Translations under genes and position numbers: made by a program
Notes under the pieces: generated by a model
What the model was told of the DNA's origin: nothing
Seen by the model: only the letters and a program-made list of their open reading frames with translations
The model's database searches: none
Part shown: piece by piece, positions 29,800 to 39,594 of the stretch
Position numbering within the stretch: position 1 is the first letter of the stretch
Layout: each line of letters starts with the position of its first letter
Assembly: GCA_965207735.1 (NCBI GenBank)
Contig: OZ242296.1
Location: forward strand, 3,776,001-3,840,000
Source: Candidatus Versatilivorator sp.
Lineage (GTDB): Bacteria; Acidobacteriota; Terriglobia; Versatilivoradales; Versatilivoraceae
Direction of reading: 5' to 3'
DNA: 64,000 nucleotides

Positions 29800-31011
29800 A
29801 TGAAACGCAGAGAGTTCCTGGCTGCCGCGACCGCCACTCCGGCAATGCTGCTTGCCCGCACCGGGGCCGGTGGAACGCCGACCGAGTCAGGGAAGAATTT
29901 CTTGATGGAGCACGGTTTTTGGGACTATACCACCCCGGGCGCCGGAGGAATGGAGTCTTACGGGCAGGACGACTATCTCTCCCTGCTCGACGACATGGCC
30001 GGGGCGGGCATGAACTCCCTGATGATCTACGTGAAGTGGCTGACTACGGGTTACCGGTCCCGACTCCCGTTCCAGGATCAGTCTCCCGAAAACCCGGTCA
30101 TCGCCTCCGACAATTCCCTGCTGCAGCGGACCATCGAGGAGGCGGGTCAACGGGGGATCAAGGTCTGGCTGGGAGGCGCGGTGACCTATTTCGACACCTC
30201 CAGGTTTCGAGCCGATCCCTACCGAACTTACACTCGGTTGAGCGGATTCGATCTGCCGGTGGAGGTGGGGTTGTTCGATACCGACACCCCAGGGCTCAGC
30301 GAGCGCATCGTTCAGATCTACGAGGAACTGGTGGAGCTGTTTCCGGGCGCCGGGGGCCTGGAGGTGGAGCTTGAAGGGGCCGGAGTCGAGAGCGCCCGCC
30401 GAATCCCGCTCTATGATCGATGGGCCCGGGAAAACGGGCGTCCGCCGTTTGTGGAGCTGGGCCACCCGTTCAACCCCCGATCGTTCGATGTTCCCGACTG
30501 GCGGGACTACACCACCGATTCCCGCCTGAGGGTGCTCCGGGCCGTAGAAGATGCCGTGCGGGCCAAGGGGTTTCGGGGGGACCTGGCGACGATCTGCGAA
30601 ACGGGCTCCAGGCCCTACGCCCTGGGTCAGGCCGTCAACCTGAGGGAATTCCACAGGCGCTTTCCCGATTGGACCGCCACCACCTACGAGTACGACAAGT
30701 GGAACCACCGCTATGGGATGATGGATCTCTGCATCGACCATCCCAAGCGGGAAGGGGTCCAGGTGTTTTATCTCCCCCGAGGAGTCATGACCTGGGGAAG
30801 CCGGTGGCCCCTGCCGATCGCCCTGGAGCAAAGTTGGCGGATGGACCTGGAAGACATTCGAAGATTCAAGCCCCGGGGAGTCTGGTGGTTCGGAAGCGGG
30901 GGACGCAGCGAGGGCGCTCACGTGAGTCTTGCCAGGCTGAAGCAGTCCGGCTTCAGCAGCGGCAAGGAGGCGCGGCGGGCCTTGCTGAGGGCGGCTTCGG
31001 AACTTGTCTGA
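29800..31011 (+). CDS. Tat-exported TIM-barrel glycoside-hydrolase-like protein
   Basis: MKRREFLAAA leader; LLDDMAGAGMNSL, IEEAGQRGIKVWLG; stop codon lies inside a type-A repeat end. Confidence 0.6.
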   Translation: MKRREFLAAATATPAMLLARTGAGGTPTESGKNFLMEHGFWDYTTPGAGGMESYGQDDYLSLLDDMAGAGMNSLMIYVKWLTTGYRSRLPFQDQSPENPVIASDNSLLQRTIEEAGQRGIKVWLGGAVTYFDTSRFRADPYRTYTRLSGFDLPVEVGLFDTDTPGLSERIVQIYEELVELFPGAGGLEVELEGAGVESARRIPLYDRWARENGRPPFVELGHPFNPRSFDVPDWRDYTTDSRLRVLRAVEDAVRAKGFRGDLATICETGSRPYALGQAVNLREFHRRFPDWTATTYEYDKWNHRYGMMDLCIDHPKREGVQVFYLPRGVMTWGSRWPLPIALEQSWRMDLEDIRRFKPRGVWWFGSGGRSEGAHVSLARLKQSGFSSGKEARRALLRAASELV

Positions 31012-31382
31012 AACAAACGACAAACGACAAAAGACAAACGACTTATCCACGAAGGGGCACGAAGGACCACGAAGGGGCACTAAGGCGCTGAGGTTAACCG
31101 CGACGGGGTACCAAGTTCGTGAAGGGTTGATCGATTTCTGATTGTTTCACTCTATGTATGATCCGCACACCAGGGCGGGGGCCCGGCTTGTCTGAAACAA
31201 ACGACAAAAGACAAAAGAAAAAGACATTTTCACGAAGGGGCACGAAGGAACGACAAAGGACCACTAAGGCGTTGGGGTTAACCGTGACGGGATACCAAGG
31301 TTAGGAAGGGATGATCAATTTCTGATTGTTTCATTCTCGTATGATCTGCTTATCCTGTCCATCCTGTGCATCCATGTTGAAT
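31003..31382 (-). repeat. Two tandem type-A repeats (31003-31194, 31187-31349) plus half a type-B cassette
   Basis: CTTGTCTGAAACAAACG at 31003 and 31187; ATCCTGTGCATCCATG near 31361. Confidence 0.85.
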
Positions 31383-31770
31383 GAATGGTCCTTCTCGATG
31401 GATCTACCCCGTCGCGGCGGTGAGGGGGCAGGGTTCGCGAGCAAACCGGGAGTTTCCCAAAGGGCGCAGGCCGGCTTTCAGCGAAGTCACCCTCCGGAAA
31501 CTTTCAACCGTACTATTGGGACGACACCACCCGGGAGCGCGGGCGTTCCGCCCGCATCCTCTCCCATGGGTTGCCGCTCAGTTTCCCAGCGATCTTATCA
31601 AGAGTGCAGCCCTGCTGAGCCACCAAGTCTCCCCACGGCTTCTGTTGGGTCCGGCCGGGACAGTGTGCCATAATCGCCATAGTGGAAGTTCGGCAAATGC
31701 CTGTCGCAGTTCACCTCGGCGGACGACCCCGATGCCGGATTGCGGGAGTCCCCATAAACCTTATCGACCC

Positions 31771-33609
31771 ATGGGAATGATTCTTCCAGTGTTGGTGGTG
31801 ATTTCCCTGCTGTGGCCAGGCACGGCCCTGGGCGGGGAGGAGCCGGCTCAGGAGCAGGGCCGGCCGGTGCAGGTCCTGGACTACGGCTACGTCTCGTCGG
31901 AGGAGTGCCGAAGCTGCCATCCTCAGAACCATGCCAGTTGGCACGCCTCCTACCACAGGACCATGACCCAGGTCGCAACCCCCGAAGCGCTGGCTATTCC
32001 CATCGAGAAGGCGGATCTGAAGCTGGAAGGCCAGACCTACCGGTTGAGGCGTGAAGGGGAATGGCTGTGGGCGGAAATGCCCCATCCCTCCATGGGACGC
32101 ATCAAGAGGCGTATCGTCCTGACCACGGGCTCGCACCATTTCCAGATGTACTGGTATTCCAGCGGCACCACGCGCAAGCTGGAGCTGTTTCCCTTTGTCT
32201 ATGCCATCCAGGAAGGACGCTGGATTCCGGAAAAGTCCACTTTTCTCATGCCGCCTTCACCCCGGATTTCCACTCAACCGGGGCGCTGGAACCAGGCTTG
32301 CCTGCAGTGCCACACGACTCTGGGACGACCCCGGGTAGCGACTCAGAACAACATGGATACGCAGGTGGCGGAGTTCGGCATCGCCTGCGAAGCCTGCCAC
32401 GGTCCGGGGGAGCGGCATGTCCAGGTCATGAACCGGCCGGGCAGCCTGGAAGCCTATCGTAGCGGCAAGCTGAATCCGCATATCGTCAATCCCGCCAAGC
32501 TGCCCCACGACCGTTCCTCCCAGGTCTGCGGACAGTGCCACAGCGTCTTTACCTTTGGTGACCGGCAGGAACTGGTCCAGTGGTTGAACCACGGCTTTTC
32601 CTATAGGCCGGGGCAGGATCTGAACGACAGCCGCTTTCTGATTCGATACGACCAAAACCGGGACGCTCCCCAGATGGAAGCTTTTCTGAAGGCGCAGCCA
32701 CGGTTCCTGGAGTCGGTCTTCTGGTCGGATGGAATGGTTCGGACGGCGGGAAGGGAGTACAGCGGGCTTCTGGAGTCCGGGTGTTACCAGATGGGTCAGA
32801 TGTCCTGCCTGTCCTGCCACCGCCTGCACAAGGCTCCGGAGGATCCCCGCTCCCTGAAGTCCTGGGCCAACGATCAGTTGCAGCCTGGCATGGACACCAA
32901 TCGGGCCTGTCTGCAGTGCCACCCCGCCTTCGAGTCCCGGCTGGAGGAACACACCCATCACCGGCCGGGTTCTCCGGGAAGCCAATGTTACAACTGCCAC
33001 ATGCCTCACACTTCCTACGCCCTGCTGAAGGCTATTCGAAGCCATCAGATCAACAGCCCCACGGTGGCCGCCAGCCTGGAAACGGGCCGGCCCAACGCCT
33101 GCAACCAGTGCCACCTGGACAAGACCCTGAGCTGGGCGGCTGAGAACCTGCAAAAGTGGTATGGAGTGCCCAAGCCCAAGCTGTCCAAGGAAGAAGAGTC
33201 CGTCGCGGCCTCGGTGCTCTGGACCTTGAAGGGGGATGCCGGCCAGCGGGCCCTCATGGCCTGGAGTCTGGGGTGGGAACCCGCCAGGGCCGCCTCCGGT
33301 TCGGGGTGGATGGCGCCCTATCTGGCCCAGTTGCTGGAGGACCCCTACGATGCCGTGAGGTTTATCGCCTACCGCTCGCTACGCCGACTGCCCGGCTTCG
33401 ATGACTTCCAATACGACTACGTGGACTCTCCCCAGCGGCGAGCCGAAGCCCGTCTCAAGGCCCTGGAGATCTGGCGTCGAGCCGGCCGGCAACACCGGCC
33501 CGAAAGCGGGTCCGCTGTCCTGTTCGATGGCCGCGGCAAGCTCCGCCGGAAGGCATTCGATCGCCTGCTGAGCCAACGGAACGACTACCCCTTGGGCCTG
33601 GCCGAGTAA
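31771..33609 (+). CDS. Octaheme cytochrome c with C-terminal HEAT-like helices
   Basis: CRSCH, CLQCH, CEACH, CGQCH, CLSCH, CLQCH, CYNCH, CNQCH; LLEDPYDAVRFIA; signal peptide after ATG 31771. Confidence 0.9.
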   Translation: MGMILPVLVVISLLWPGTALGGEEPAQEQGRPVQVLDYGYVSSEECRSCHPQNHASWHASYHRTMTQVATPEALAIPIEKADLKLEGQTYRLRREGEWLWAEMPHPSMGRIKRRIVLTTGSHHFQMYWYSSGTTRKLELFPFVYAIQEGRWIPEKSTFLMPPSPRISTQPGRWNQACLQCHTTLGRPRVATQNNMDTQVAEFGIACEACHGPGERHVQVMNRPGSLEAYRSGKLNPHIVNPAKLPHDRSSQVCGQCHSVFTFGDRQELVQWLNHGFSYRPGQDLNDSRFLIRYDQNRDAPQMEAFLKAQPRFLESVFWSDGMVRTAGREYSGLLESGCYQMGQMSCLSCHRLHKAPEDPRSLKSWANDQLQPGMDTNRACLQCHPAFESRLEEHTHHRPGSPGSQCYNCHMPHTSYALLKAIRSHQINSPTVAASLETGRPNACNQCHLDKTLSWAAENLQKWYGVPKPKLSKEEESVAASVLWTLKGDAGQRALMAWSLGWEPARAASGSGWMAPYLAQLLEDPYDAVRFIAYRSLRRLPGFDDFQYDYVDSPQRRAEARLKALEIWRRAGRQHRPESGSAVLFDGRGKLRRKAFDRLLSQRNDYPLGLAE

Positions 33610-33682
33610 GAGCGACTGCCCTGCCCCCGAGCCATACAGTCCGCCGCGAGCCCCGGTCGAAGGGCCGGAATTGCGAGGCTTC

Positions 33683-34600
33683 ATGATCAAGCGGGTCCTG
33701 GCTCGATTGCATGTCGTGGCCCTGGTGGTGCTGTGGATCGCCCCCTCGGTCCTCGCCGAGTCGGACGACTATCGCAAGGCCCTGTCAAGCTATCGGGACA
33801 AGCGTTACCTGGAGGCGCTGGTCTGGATTCAGCAGGCAGTGGCCGTGGAGAATGACAAGGCGGCCTACTACCTGCTTCAAGGCGAGGTCTACAGCGCCTT
33901 GCGTCAGTTCAGCGATGCCGAGACCTCGTTGCGCCGAGCGGTTGAATTGCAGCCCGACCTGGCCAGGGCCCATTTCCAACTGGGCGTTCTTTTCCTGCGG
34001 GACGAGCAGCACCGCCAGGCCGCGACGGCACTGGAGCGGGTTGTGGCCGTCGAACCCGGCAATCTGAGAGCCCGTCTCTTGCTGGGCAACGTCTACTGCC
34101 TTCAGCTCAATCTCGACAGCCTGGCCCTGCAGCAATTTACGGCGGTGGCAAAGACCGACCCCCGCTACCCCGCGGTTCAATTCGGCCTGGGGAGACTCCT
34201 TTTCAGGCAGGGCAAGGACCGTGAGGCCGTCGAGCATTTTCGATCGGAGTTGAAGTCTCATCCGGAACATGCGGAGGCGCGTTTTCACTTGGCCAAGGCC
34301 CTGCTGAGAATGGGCCGCACCGAGGAGGTTCTCGGCCATTTGCAGGCGCTGCAGGGCAAAAAGGTGGACCAGGCGGAATTTCACTTCTTCCTGGCCAAGA
34401 CCTACCACCGCTTGAAGCAACCCGCCAAGGCCATTGAAGTGCTTCGGCAAGGGATCGACCTCAAACCCGACTTCCCGGACGCACTCTACCTGCTGGCCCG
34501 ACTCTACCTGGAAACGGGGCGCCCCGAGCAGGCTCGGGATCAGATGGATCGATTCGAGAAGATACGCGACCGGGAGGGACGGGGCCGGCTGAGGCCGTGA
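33683..34600 (+). CDS. Secreted TPR protein, paralog of 16196 without EF-hands
   Basis: YLEALV, DPRYPAVQ, ARFHLAKALLRMGR, YLLARLYLETG, REGRGR shared with 16196. Confidence 0.88.
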   Translation: MIKRVLARLHVVALVVLWIAPSVLAESDDYRKALSSYRDKRYLEALVWIQQAVAVENDKAAYYLLQGEVYSALRQFSDAETSLRRAVELQPDLARAHFQLGVLFLRDEQHRQAATALERVVAVEPGNLRARLLLGNVYCLQLNLDSLALQQFTAVAKTDPRYPAVQFGLGRLLFRQGKDREAVEHFRSELKSHPEHAEARFHLAKALLRMGRTEEVLGHLQALQGKKVDQAEFHFFLAKTYHRLKQPAKAIEVLRQGIDLKPDFPDALYLLARLYLETGRPEQARDQMDRFEKIRDREGRGRLRP

Positions 34601-34673
34601 GGCTGCGGAACGAGTTATCCATAAAGGAGAACGACGAACCACCAATGAACACGAATGAACACCAATAAACGGG

Positions 34674-36512
34674 TTGGTCAGGAGAGGCGTTTACAAAAAG
34701 CTCGGCTATAAGACATTGAAGACAAGATGGATCCCATACTGTGCCTGGCGGACCGGCGAAATTGGCGGGCGGCGATCGGCCGTTTCCACCTACTCAGAGC
34801 CGGCCTTCGTTTTTTTCCTCTCCGGAGACGCCATTTCAATCTGGATTTGTTTGTTCTTGATGCTTGCGGCCGGCGGGTTCCTTCGGGCGGAATCAGTGCC
34901 CCGGTTCACCAATGTCACCGGTTCCAGCGGCATCGATTTTCTCCATATCAACGGCCCCGAGAAGACCAAGCCCTACCTGTTCGAGGCCAAGGGCGGCGGG
35001 GCCGGCTTCCTCGATTATGACAACGATGGCTGGCTGGATCTGATCATGGTTCAAGGGTCCACCCTGGAACGATTGCGCAGGGGCGACAACCCGCACGGCG
35101 CGCTCTATCGGAACCAGGGAGACGGGACCTTCCAGGAGGTGACCCGGAAGGCGGGTCTGACCCGGTCCGCCTGGGGGATGGGAGTCACCCTGGGAGACTA
35201 CGACAACGATGGCTTTGTGGACGTCTATTTGAACAACTTGCAGGCCAACATCCTCTACAGGAACCGGGGAGACGGCACCTTCCAGGACGTCACCGATCGG
35301 GCCGGTGTGGGAGACGCCGGGTTGAGCTCCTCTTCGGCCTTCGGCGACTACGACCTGGACGGGGACCTGGACCTCTACGTCTGCAACTATGTTCGCTACA
35401 ATTTCGACAGTCTGCCCCCACCCGGCTCCAAGCCCATCTGCAGCTACCGGGGAGCGCCGGCCTTTTGCGGCCCTCTGGGACTGGACGGGGCGGCCAATCG
35501 GTTCTACCGCAACAACGGAGACGGGACCTTCTCGGAGGTCACAGAGGCTGCGGGGTTGAACGTGAAAAACCGCTATTACTCCCTGGGAGTGGTTTGGGCC
35601 GATCTGGACAACGACGGGGATCCGGACCTCTACGTGGCCAACGACAGCACACCCAATCAGCTCTTTGTCAACCAGGGGGACGGAACCTTCAAGGAATTGG
35701 GTTTCCTGAGCGGCCTGGCAACCGACGCCGACGGGCGTTTCCAGGCAGGCATGGGAGTGGATGCGGCCGATTATGACAACGACGGGCGTGTGGACCTGTT
35801 CGTGACCAACTTCGCCGACGATTACAGCACGCTCTACCGCAATCGAGGGCAGCTCGTGTTCGAGGACGTGAGCCAGCAGGCCCGGCTGAGCCAGCCGGAA
35901 TGGATGCTGGTCGGCTGGGGGGCCGGATTCTACGATTTGAACCATGACGGCTGGAAGGACATCTTCCACTCCAACGGCCACGTCTATGCGCTGGTGCTGA
36001 CGGCCGGCTGGTCCGACCGCTATCACCAGCCTTCTTCCTTCTACCTGAATCGAAAAGACGGAACCTTCAGGGATGTGAGAAAGTTGGCTGGACCGGATCT
36101 GCAGAAAGAGTTGCTGGGCCGGGGCATGGCCTTCGGAGACCTGGACAACGACGGAGACATCGACTTCGTCATCGGCAATCTCAACGGGACTCCCCAGCTC
36201 TTCAGGCATGAAGGCGCCGGTCCCAACCATTGGGTGATGTTCCGCGCCAGGGGGACGCGGAGCAACCGTGACGGCATCGGCGCCCGCGTCACGGTGGTCG
36301 CCGGCGAGCTCCGCCAGGTCCGGGAGATCAAGCGAACCGTCGGCATCTTCTCGGCCAGCGATCCCAGGGCTCATTTCGGTCTGGGGGGCGCCGAGCGAAT
36401 CGAAAAGGTACAGGTGAAGTGGCCCAGCGGGGTGGTGCAGGAATATCGTGACCTGCCCGCCGACACCCACTACAGGATTGACGAGGAGAGCGGTCTGGAG
36501 AAGGAGTTCTGA
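34674..36512 (+). CDS. CRTAC1-family protein, subtype II (true start probably downstream, up to 34860)
   Basis: FEAKGGG, DxDxDG repeats, EIKRTVGIFSASD; close paralog of 17477. Confidence 0.9.
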   Translation: MVRRGVYKKLGYKTLKTRWIPYCAWRTGEIGGRRSAVSTYSEPAFVFFLSGDAISIWICLFLMLAAGGFLRAESVPRFTNVTGSSGIDFLHINGPEKTKPYLFEAKGGGAGFLDYDNDGWLDLIMVQGSTLERLRRGDNPHGALYRNQGDGTFQEVTRKAGLTRSAWGMGVTLGDYDNDGFVDVYLNNLQANILYRNRGDGTFQDVTDRAGVGDAGLSSSSAFGDYDLDGDLDLYVCNYVRYNFDSLPPPGSKPICSYRGAPAFCGPLGLDGAANRFYRNNGDGTFSEVTEAAGLNVKNRYYSLGVVWADLDNDGDPDLYVANDSTPNQLFVNQGDGTFKELGFLSGLATDADGRFQAGMGVDAADYDNDGRVDLFVTNFADDYSTLYRNRGQLVFEDVSQQARLSQPEWMLVGWGAGFYDLNHDGWKDIFHSNGHVYALVLTAGWSDRYHQPSSFYLNRKDGTFRDVRKLAGPDLQKELLGRGMAFGDLDNDGDIDFVIGNLNGTPQLFRHEGAGPNHWVMFRARGTRSNRDGIGARVTVVAGELRQVREIKRTVGIFSASDPRAHFGLGGAERIEKVQVKWPSGVVQEYRDLPADTHYRIDEESGLEKEF

Positions 36513-36520
36513 AGAACGGG

Positions 36521-37279
36521 CTACAGAGCTCCCGCCTTGCGGTAGATGCTCTTCCGGTAAGTTTCGTGGCGGCGCAGCGCTTCCTGGTTGACCTCGGTGC
36601 TGCGCCCGCGATAGTCGAGGACAAACCCGCGGCGATGGGAGTCGGTGTTGTTGGGGCCGCTGCGGTGGACGGTAAGGAAGTGATGGATGGAGGCGTCTCC
36701 CGGTTGGAGCAGGGCCGGGACTTCCGGGTAGAGCGCGGGGTCTGGAGGTTCGGAGAGGGCCTTGGTGAACAGGGGCAGGCCGGTCTGGACGTGGGGGATG
36801 TGTCCCAGCCGGTGGCTGCCTCGGACGAAATGGACGGCGCCGTTTTCGAGGGTGGTCTCATCCAGGGCGATCCAGATCACCAGGCCGTAGGGGGGGAGGT
36901 AATTGAAGTAGGCGTTTTCCTGGTGGTAGAGGGCCGGCGAGCCGACTCGGGCGGGTTTGTAAAAGACCTCAGTGGTAATGGGTTCGACCGGCTCTCCCAG
37001 GCAGGCGCCGAGCAGATCCAGGGTGGCAGGCCGCTGCAGCGCTTGCCGAAAGTATTCATCGTAGAGTTCCATTCTGGAGAACTGCTTCAGCGGCCCGCTC
37101 CAGCCCGATTCATAGACCACGTGAATCCGGGGGACGGAGGGCAGGACCTCGGCGATGTAGCGGTCGATCTCCTGTTCCGTCCGCTTCAATTCCTTGGCGT
37201 TCAGGAATCCCTTCACCACCACGAACCCGTCTTCCTGAAACCGTGCGGCCAGTTGATTGGTGTTCAGTGTCGCAGGCAT
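36521..37279 (-). CDS. Phytanoyl-CoA dioxygenase (PhyH) family Fe(II)/2OG oxygenase
   Basis: FQEDGFVVV, KPA...HQE, WIALD.TTLENGA.HFV.GSH, H.SGPN.T..RRG; RBS GGAGAG. Confidence 0.9.
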   Translation of the reverse strand: MPATLNTNQLAARFQEDGFVVVKGFLNAKELKRTEQEIDRYIAEVLPSVPRIHVVYESGWSGPLKQFSRMELYDEYFRQALQRPATLDLLGACLGEPVEPITTEVFYKPARVGSPALYHQENAYFNYLPPYGLVIWIALDETTLENGAVHFVRGSHRLGHIPHVQTGLPLFTKALSEPPDPALYPEVPALLQPGDASIHHFLTVHRSGPNNTDSHRRGFVLDYRGRSTEVNQEALRRHETYRKSIYRKAGAL

Positions 37280-37454
37280 TTCGTGCTCTCCGGTTGGAAG
37301 GTCCCAGCCGGTGGGGACCCGGCGCAGCTTGCGCAAGCATCGTCAGCAGATGACTTCGCCCCGGTCATGCTGCTTGTCCATTCGAGTCTGTGCCAGGAAT
37401 TGTCGGAACTGTAGCATCCCAGGGGCGCTTCTGCCTGCCGTTCTTCCCGGCCGT

Positions 37455-39191
37455 TCACTCCGATCGGTAGTTGACCTCCAGCCGCACGCCACGGAACTGC
37501 GCCCGGGCAGCCATCCCGGGCAGCCGCTCCGGCCGAACGGCCCCCGGCCTGGGGCGTGCGCCCTTGAGCGCCAATACCACGGTGTTCATTCCCTGACGCA
37601 GAGGGGGAGCATCCACGGGAAAGCTCATCCGATACTCGCCCTTGCCGGCGTCGATGACCGTGGATTGCCCATTGGCCAGGTCCTTGCCGTTCACCCGGCA
37701 GACCACCGCCTCCGGCCGAGCCGCGCCTCTCACATCCAGCACCAGCCGCATGGTGTCCAGCGTTCCCTTTTCCTTGGCCGACGCCAGGTCGTCCCCGACC
37801 ACCAGCGGAACCCTCCCCACCACTCCATACTTGATGACTCCGTCCCTGCTGACGGGCAGCGGTGGCGGGCTGGAGACATGAGCGTAGTAGTCGAACACTC
37901 CACCGGCATGGTTGTCCACGCAAAACAGCTTGTCCTTGGCTTCCAGAGTGCGGGGCTCGCCGATGTCGCTCAGGCAGGCATAGGACCGACGGCGGGTCTC
38001 GATCAGGTCAGGTCCGGTCTTGTACTCGAAGGGCGTTCCCAGATTCCACAGGTAGATGCCGTCGGCGCCGGTCCGGAACCAGTTGCTGGCCATGCCCCGC
38101 ACCCCCTCCAGAAAACTTCCCCGGGACACGCTGTTTGCGGCGCCCTGGTTGATGCAGGGATAAACCGCTACACCGTGGGGGTGGGCGGCGGTCGTGAACT
38201 CGGCCAAGGGCAGGCTGAAAGGCGCATAGCCGCCTCCGGCAATCAGAATGTCCACCAGGTCCTCTTCCAGCCAACCCTTCAGGTCCAGCCCGATGTTCAG
38301 GGCCCGTTGGAAGCTGTCCGGCACTCGAGCGGCCAGCAGCAGCGGACGTCCCCGCCGCTCGGCCTGGCTGTCGGTGAGCTTGCGGACGCGGCGCATGAAG
38401 GCCGTCATAACCTCGACCTGGTCGCTGCTCACCGGCTTTCCCTGCATGGTCGGGCTGAAAAACACCGGGTGGCGAATGTAGTCCAGCTCGAAGCCGTCAA
38501 CGTCGTAACGGCCGGCGACCTCCTCGATGATCTCGAACTTGCGCTGCCTGACCTCCGGGTGGGAGAAGTCCTGGGAGGTGACATAGAGCTCGAGAGAGTC
38601 AAGCATCCCCGAGGGATTCACCAGAAACTCCGGATGTTCCTTCTTCCAGGTGGTCAGGCCGCCTTCGATGAAGCTGTCGTGAACGTCGTTCATGCGAACC
38701 GATGCCAGGATCTCCATGCCGTGAGCGCGGGCAAAATCGATGACGATCTGCAGCGGGCCGCGGCCTGACTGGATCAACCGCTTCACGTTGGCGGTGACCT
38801 TGGACCAATAGGCGGGCGGACCTCCGTGGGCATCGCCGTAGATGGGCTGGATCTTGCTGTCATACACCGGGGCGTCGGCCCAACCCCCCAGGATGGACCA
38901 GGAAATGGTATCGACCTGGGTTCCGGCCAGGGGTTGCAGCCGGCGCTTCAGGAACCCCTCGGGGGTGCCGGCGTCGTCGCGGGACAGCTCATAGCTGTCG
39001 TCGTTGAAGATGATGCGGCGCTGTCTGGCAGCCGCTTCCACCCGGTCCTTCTTGGCCTCCGACCAGTTTGCCCGTGGGTCCGGAACCGGTCCGGAGCAGG
39101 ACAGGAATCCGATCAGGGCCAGACAAATGCCGGCTCCCAGGCTTAGACTGGTTGTCAGTCTCCGTCTGCCCTTTGGGCTTAGGTCAGTCAT
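37455..39191 (-). CDS. GHL10/DUF187-like glycoside hydrolase, probable lipoprotein
   Basis: FLSC lipobox; RRIIFNDD, SVRMNDVHD, DFSHPEVR, YDVDGFELDYIRH. Confidence 0.7.
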   Translation of the reverse strand: MTDLSPKGRRRLTTSLSLGAGICLALIGFLSCSGPVPDPRANWSEAKKDRVEAAARQRRIIFNDDSYELSRDDAGTPEGFLKRRLQPLAGTQVDTISWSILGGWADAPVYDSKIQPIYGDAHGGPPAYWSKVTANVKRLIQSGRGPLQIVIDFARAHGMEILASVRMNDVHDSFIEGGLTTWKKEHPEFLVNPSGMLDSLELYVTSQDFSHPEVRQRKFEIIEEVAGRYDVDGFELDYIRHPVFFSPTMQGKPVSSDQVEVMTAFMRRVRKLTDSQAERRGRPLLLAARVPDSFQRALNIGLDLKGWLEEDLVDILIAGGGYAPFSLPLAEFTTAAHPHGVAVYPCINQGAANSVSRGSFLEGVRGMASNWFRTGADGIYLWNLGTPFEYKTGPDLIETRRRSYACLSDIGEPRTLEAKDKLFCVDNHAGGVFDYYAHVSSPPPLPVSRDGVIKYGVVGRVPLVVGDDLASAKEKGTLDTMRLVLDVRGAARPEAVVCRVNGKDLANGQSTVIDAGKGEYRMSFPVDAPPLRQGMNTVVLALKGARPRPGAVRPERLPGMAARAQFRGVRLEVNYRSE

Positions 39192-39239
39192 TCTTGAACC
39201 TCCTCCGCCCGATCGATTGGGGCGAAAAGAAACAGAAAC

Positions 39240-39375
39240 GTCATTGCGTCGGCTTGTGCGTCACTTGGGCTCACCGGCATTTGCTGCCGCCGCCTACGCG
39301 GCTCGACACCCATACGCGACGTTTCCCATAAGCTGACGCCCACGGCTAAGTGCTGTCGCGGCTTCGCCGCTCTCA
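39240..39375. repeat. REP-like cluster, reverse copy of ~290-400
   Basis: TGCGTCGGCTTGTGC..CACTTGGGCTCACCGGCATTTGCTGCCGCCGCCTACGCGGCTCGACACCCATA. Confidence 0.8.
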
Positions 39376-39402
39376 AGGAAGCCGGCTAAAGCAGCATATT
39401 CT

Positions 39403-39592
39403 CAGGTAAGTCCCGCCCCTGCCCAGGTGTGCGGATCATACGAGAGTGAAACAATCAGAAATCGACCATCCCGTCGCGACCTTGGTATCCCGTCGCGGTT
39501 AATCTCAATGCCTTAGTGGCCCTTCGTCGTTCTTCGTGTCCCTTCGTGGATTCCTCTTTTTCTTTTGTCTTTTTTCGTTTGTTTCAGACAGG
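39403..39592 (+). repeat. Type-A repeat (orientation opposite to copy 1)
   Basis: CAG|GTAAGTCCCGCCC...GTGAAACAATCAG...TTGTTTCAG|ACAGG. Confidence 0.85.
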
Positions 39593-39594
39593 GA

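Noticed and set aside
31003-31382. Possible CRISPR array in the repeated units
   Set aside because: Units are ~185 bp or 7-10 bp, there is no constant repeat with unique spacers, and no cas gene is present.
31381-31770. N-terminal extensions in the ORF track (also 8735, 23452, 29473, 59231)
   Set aside because: They run through repeats, upstream genes or spacer DNA and precede clear signal peptides.
31771-33609. Calling the 7-8-heme proteins NrfA, HAO or octaheme nitrite reductase
   Set aside because: There is no CxxCK motif and no recognisable family signature beyond the heme count.
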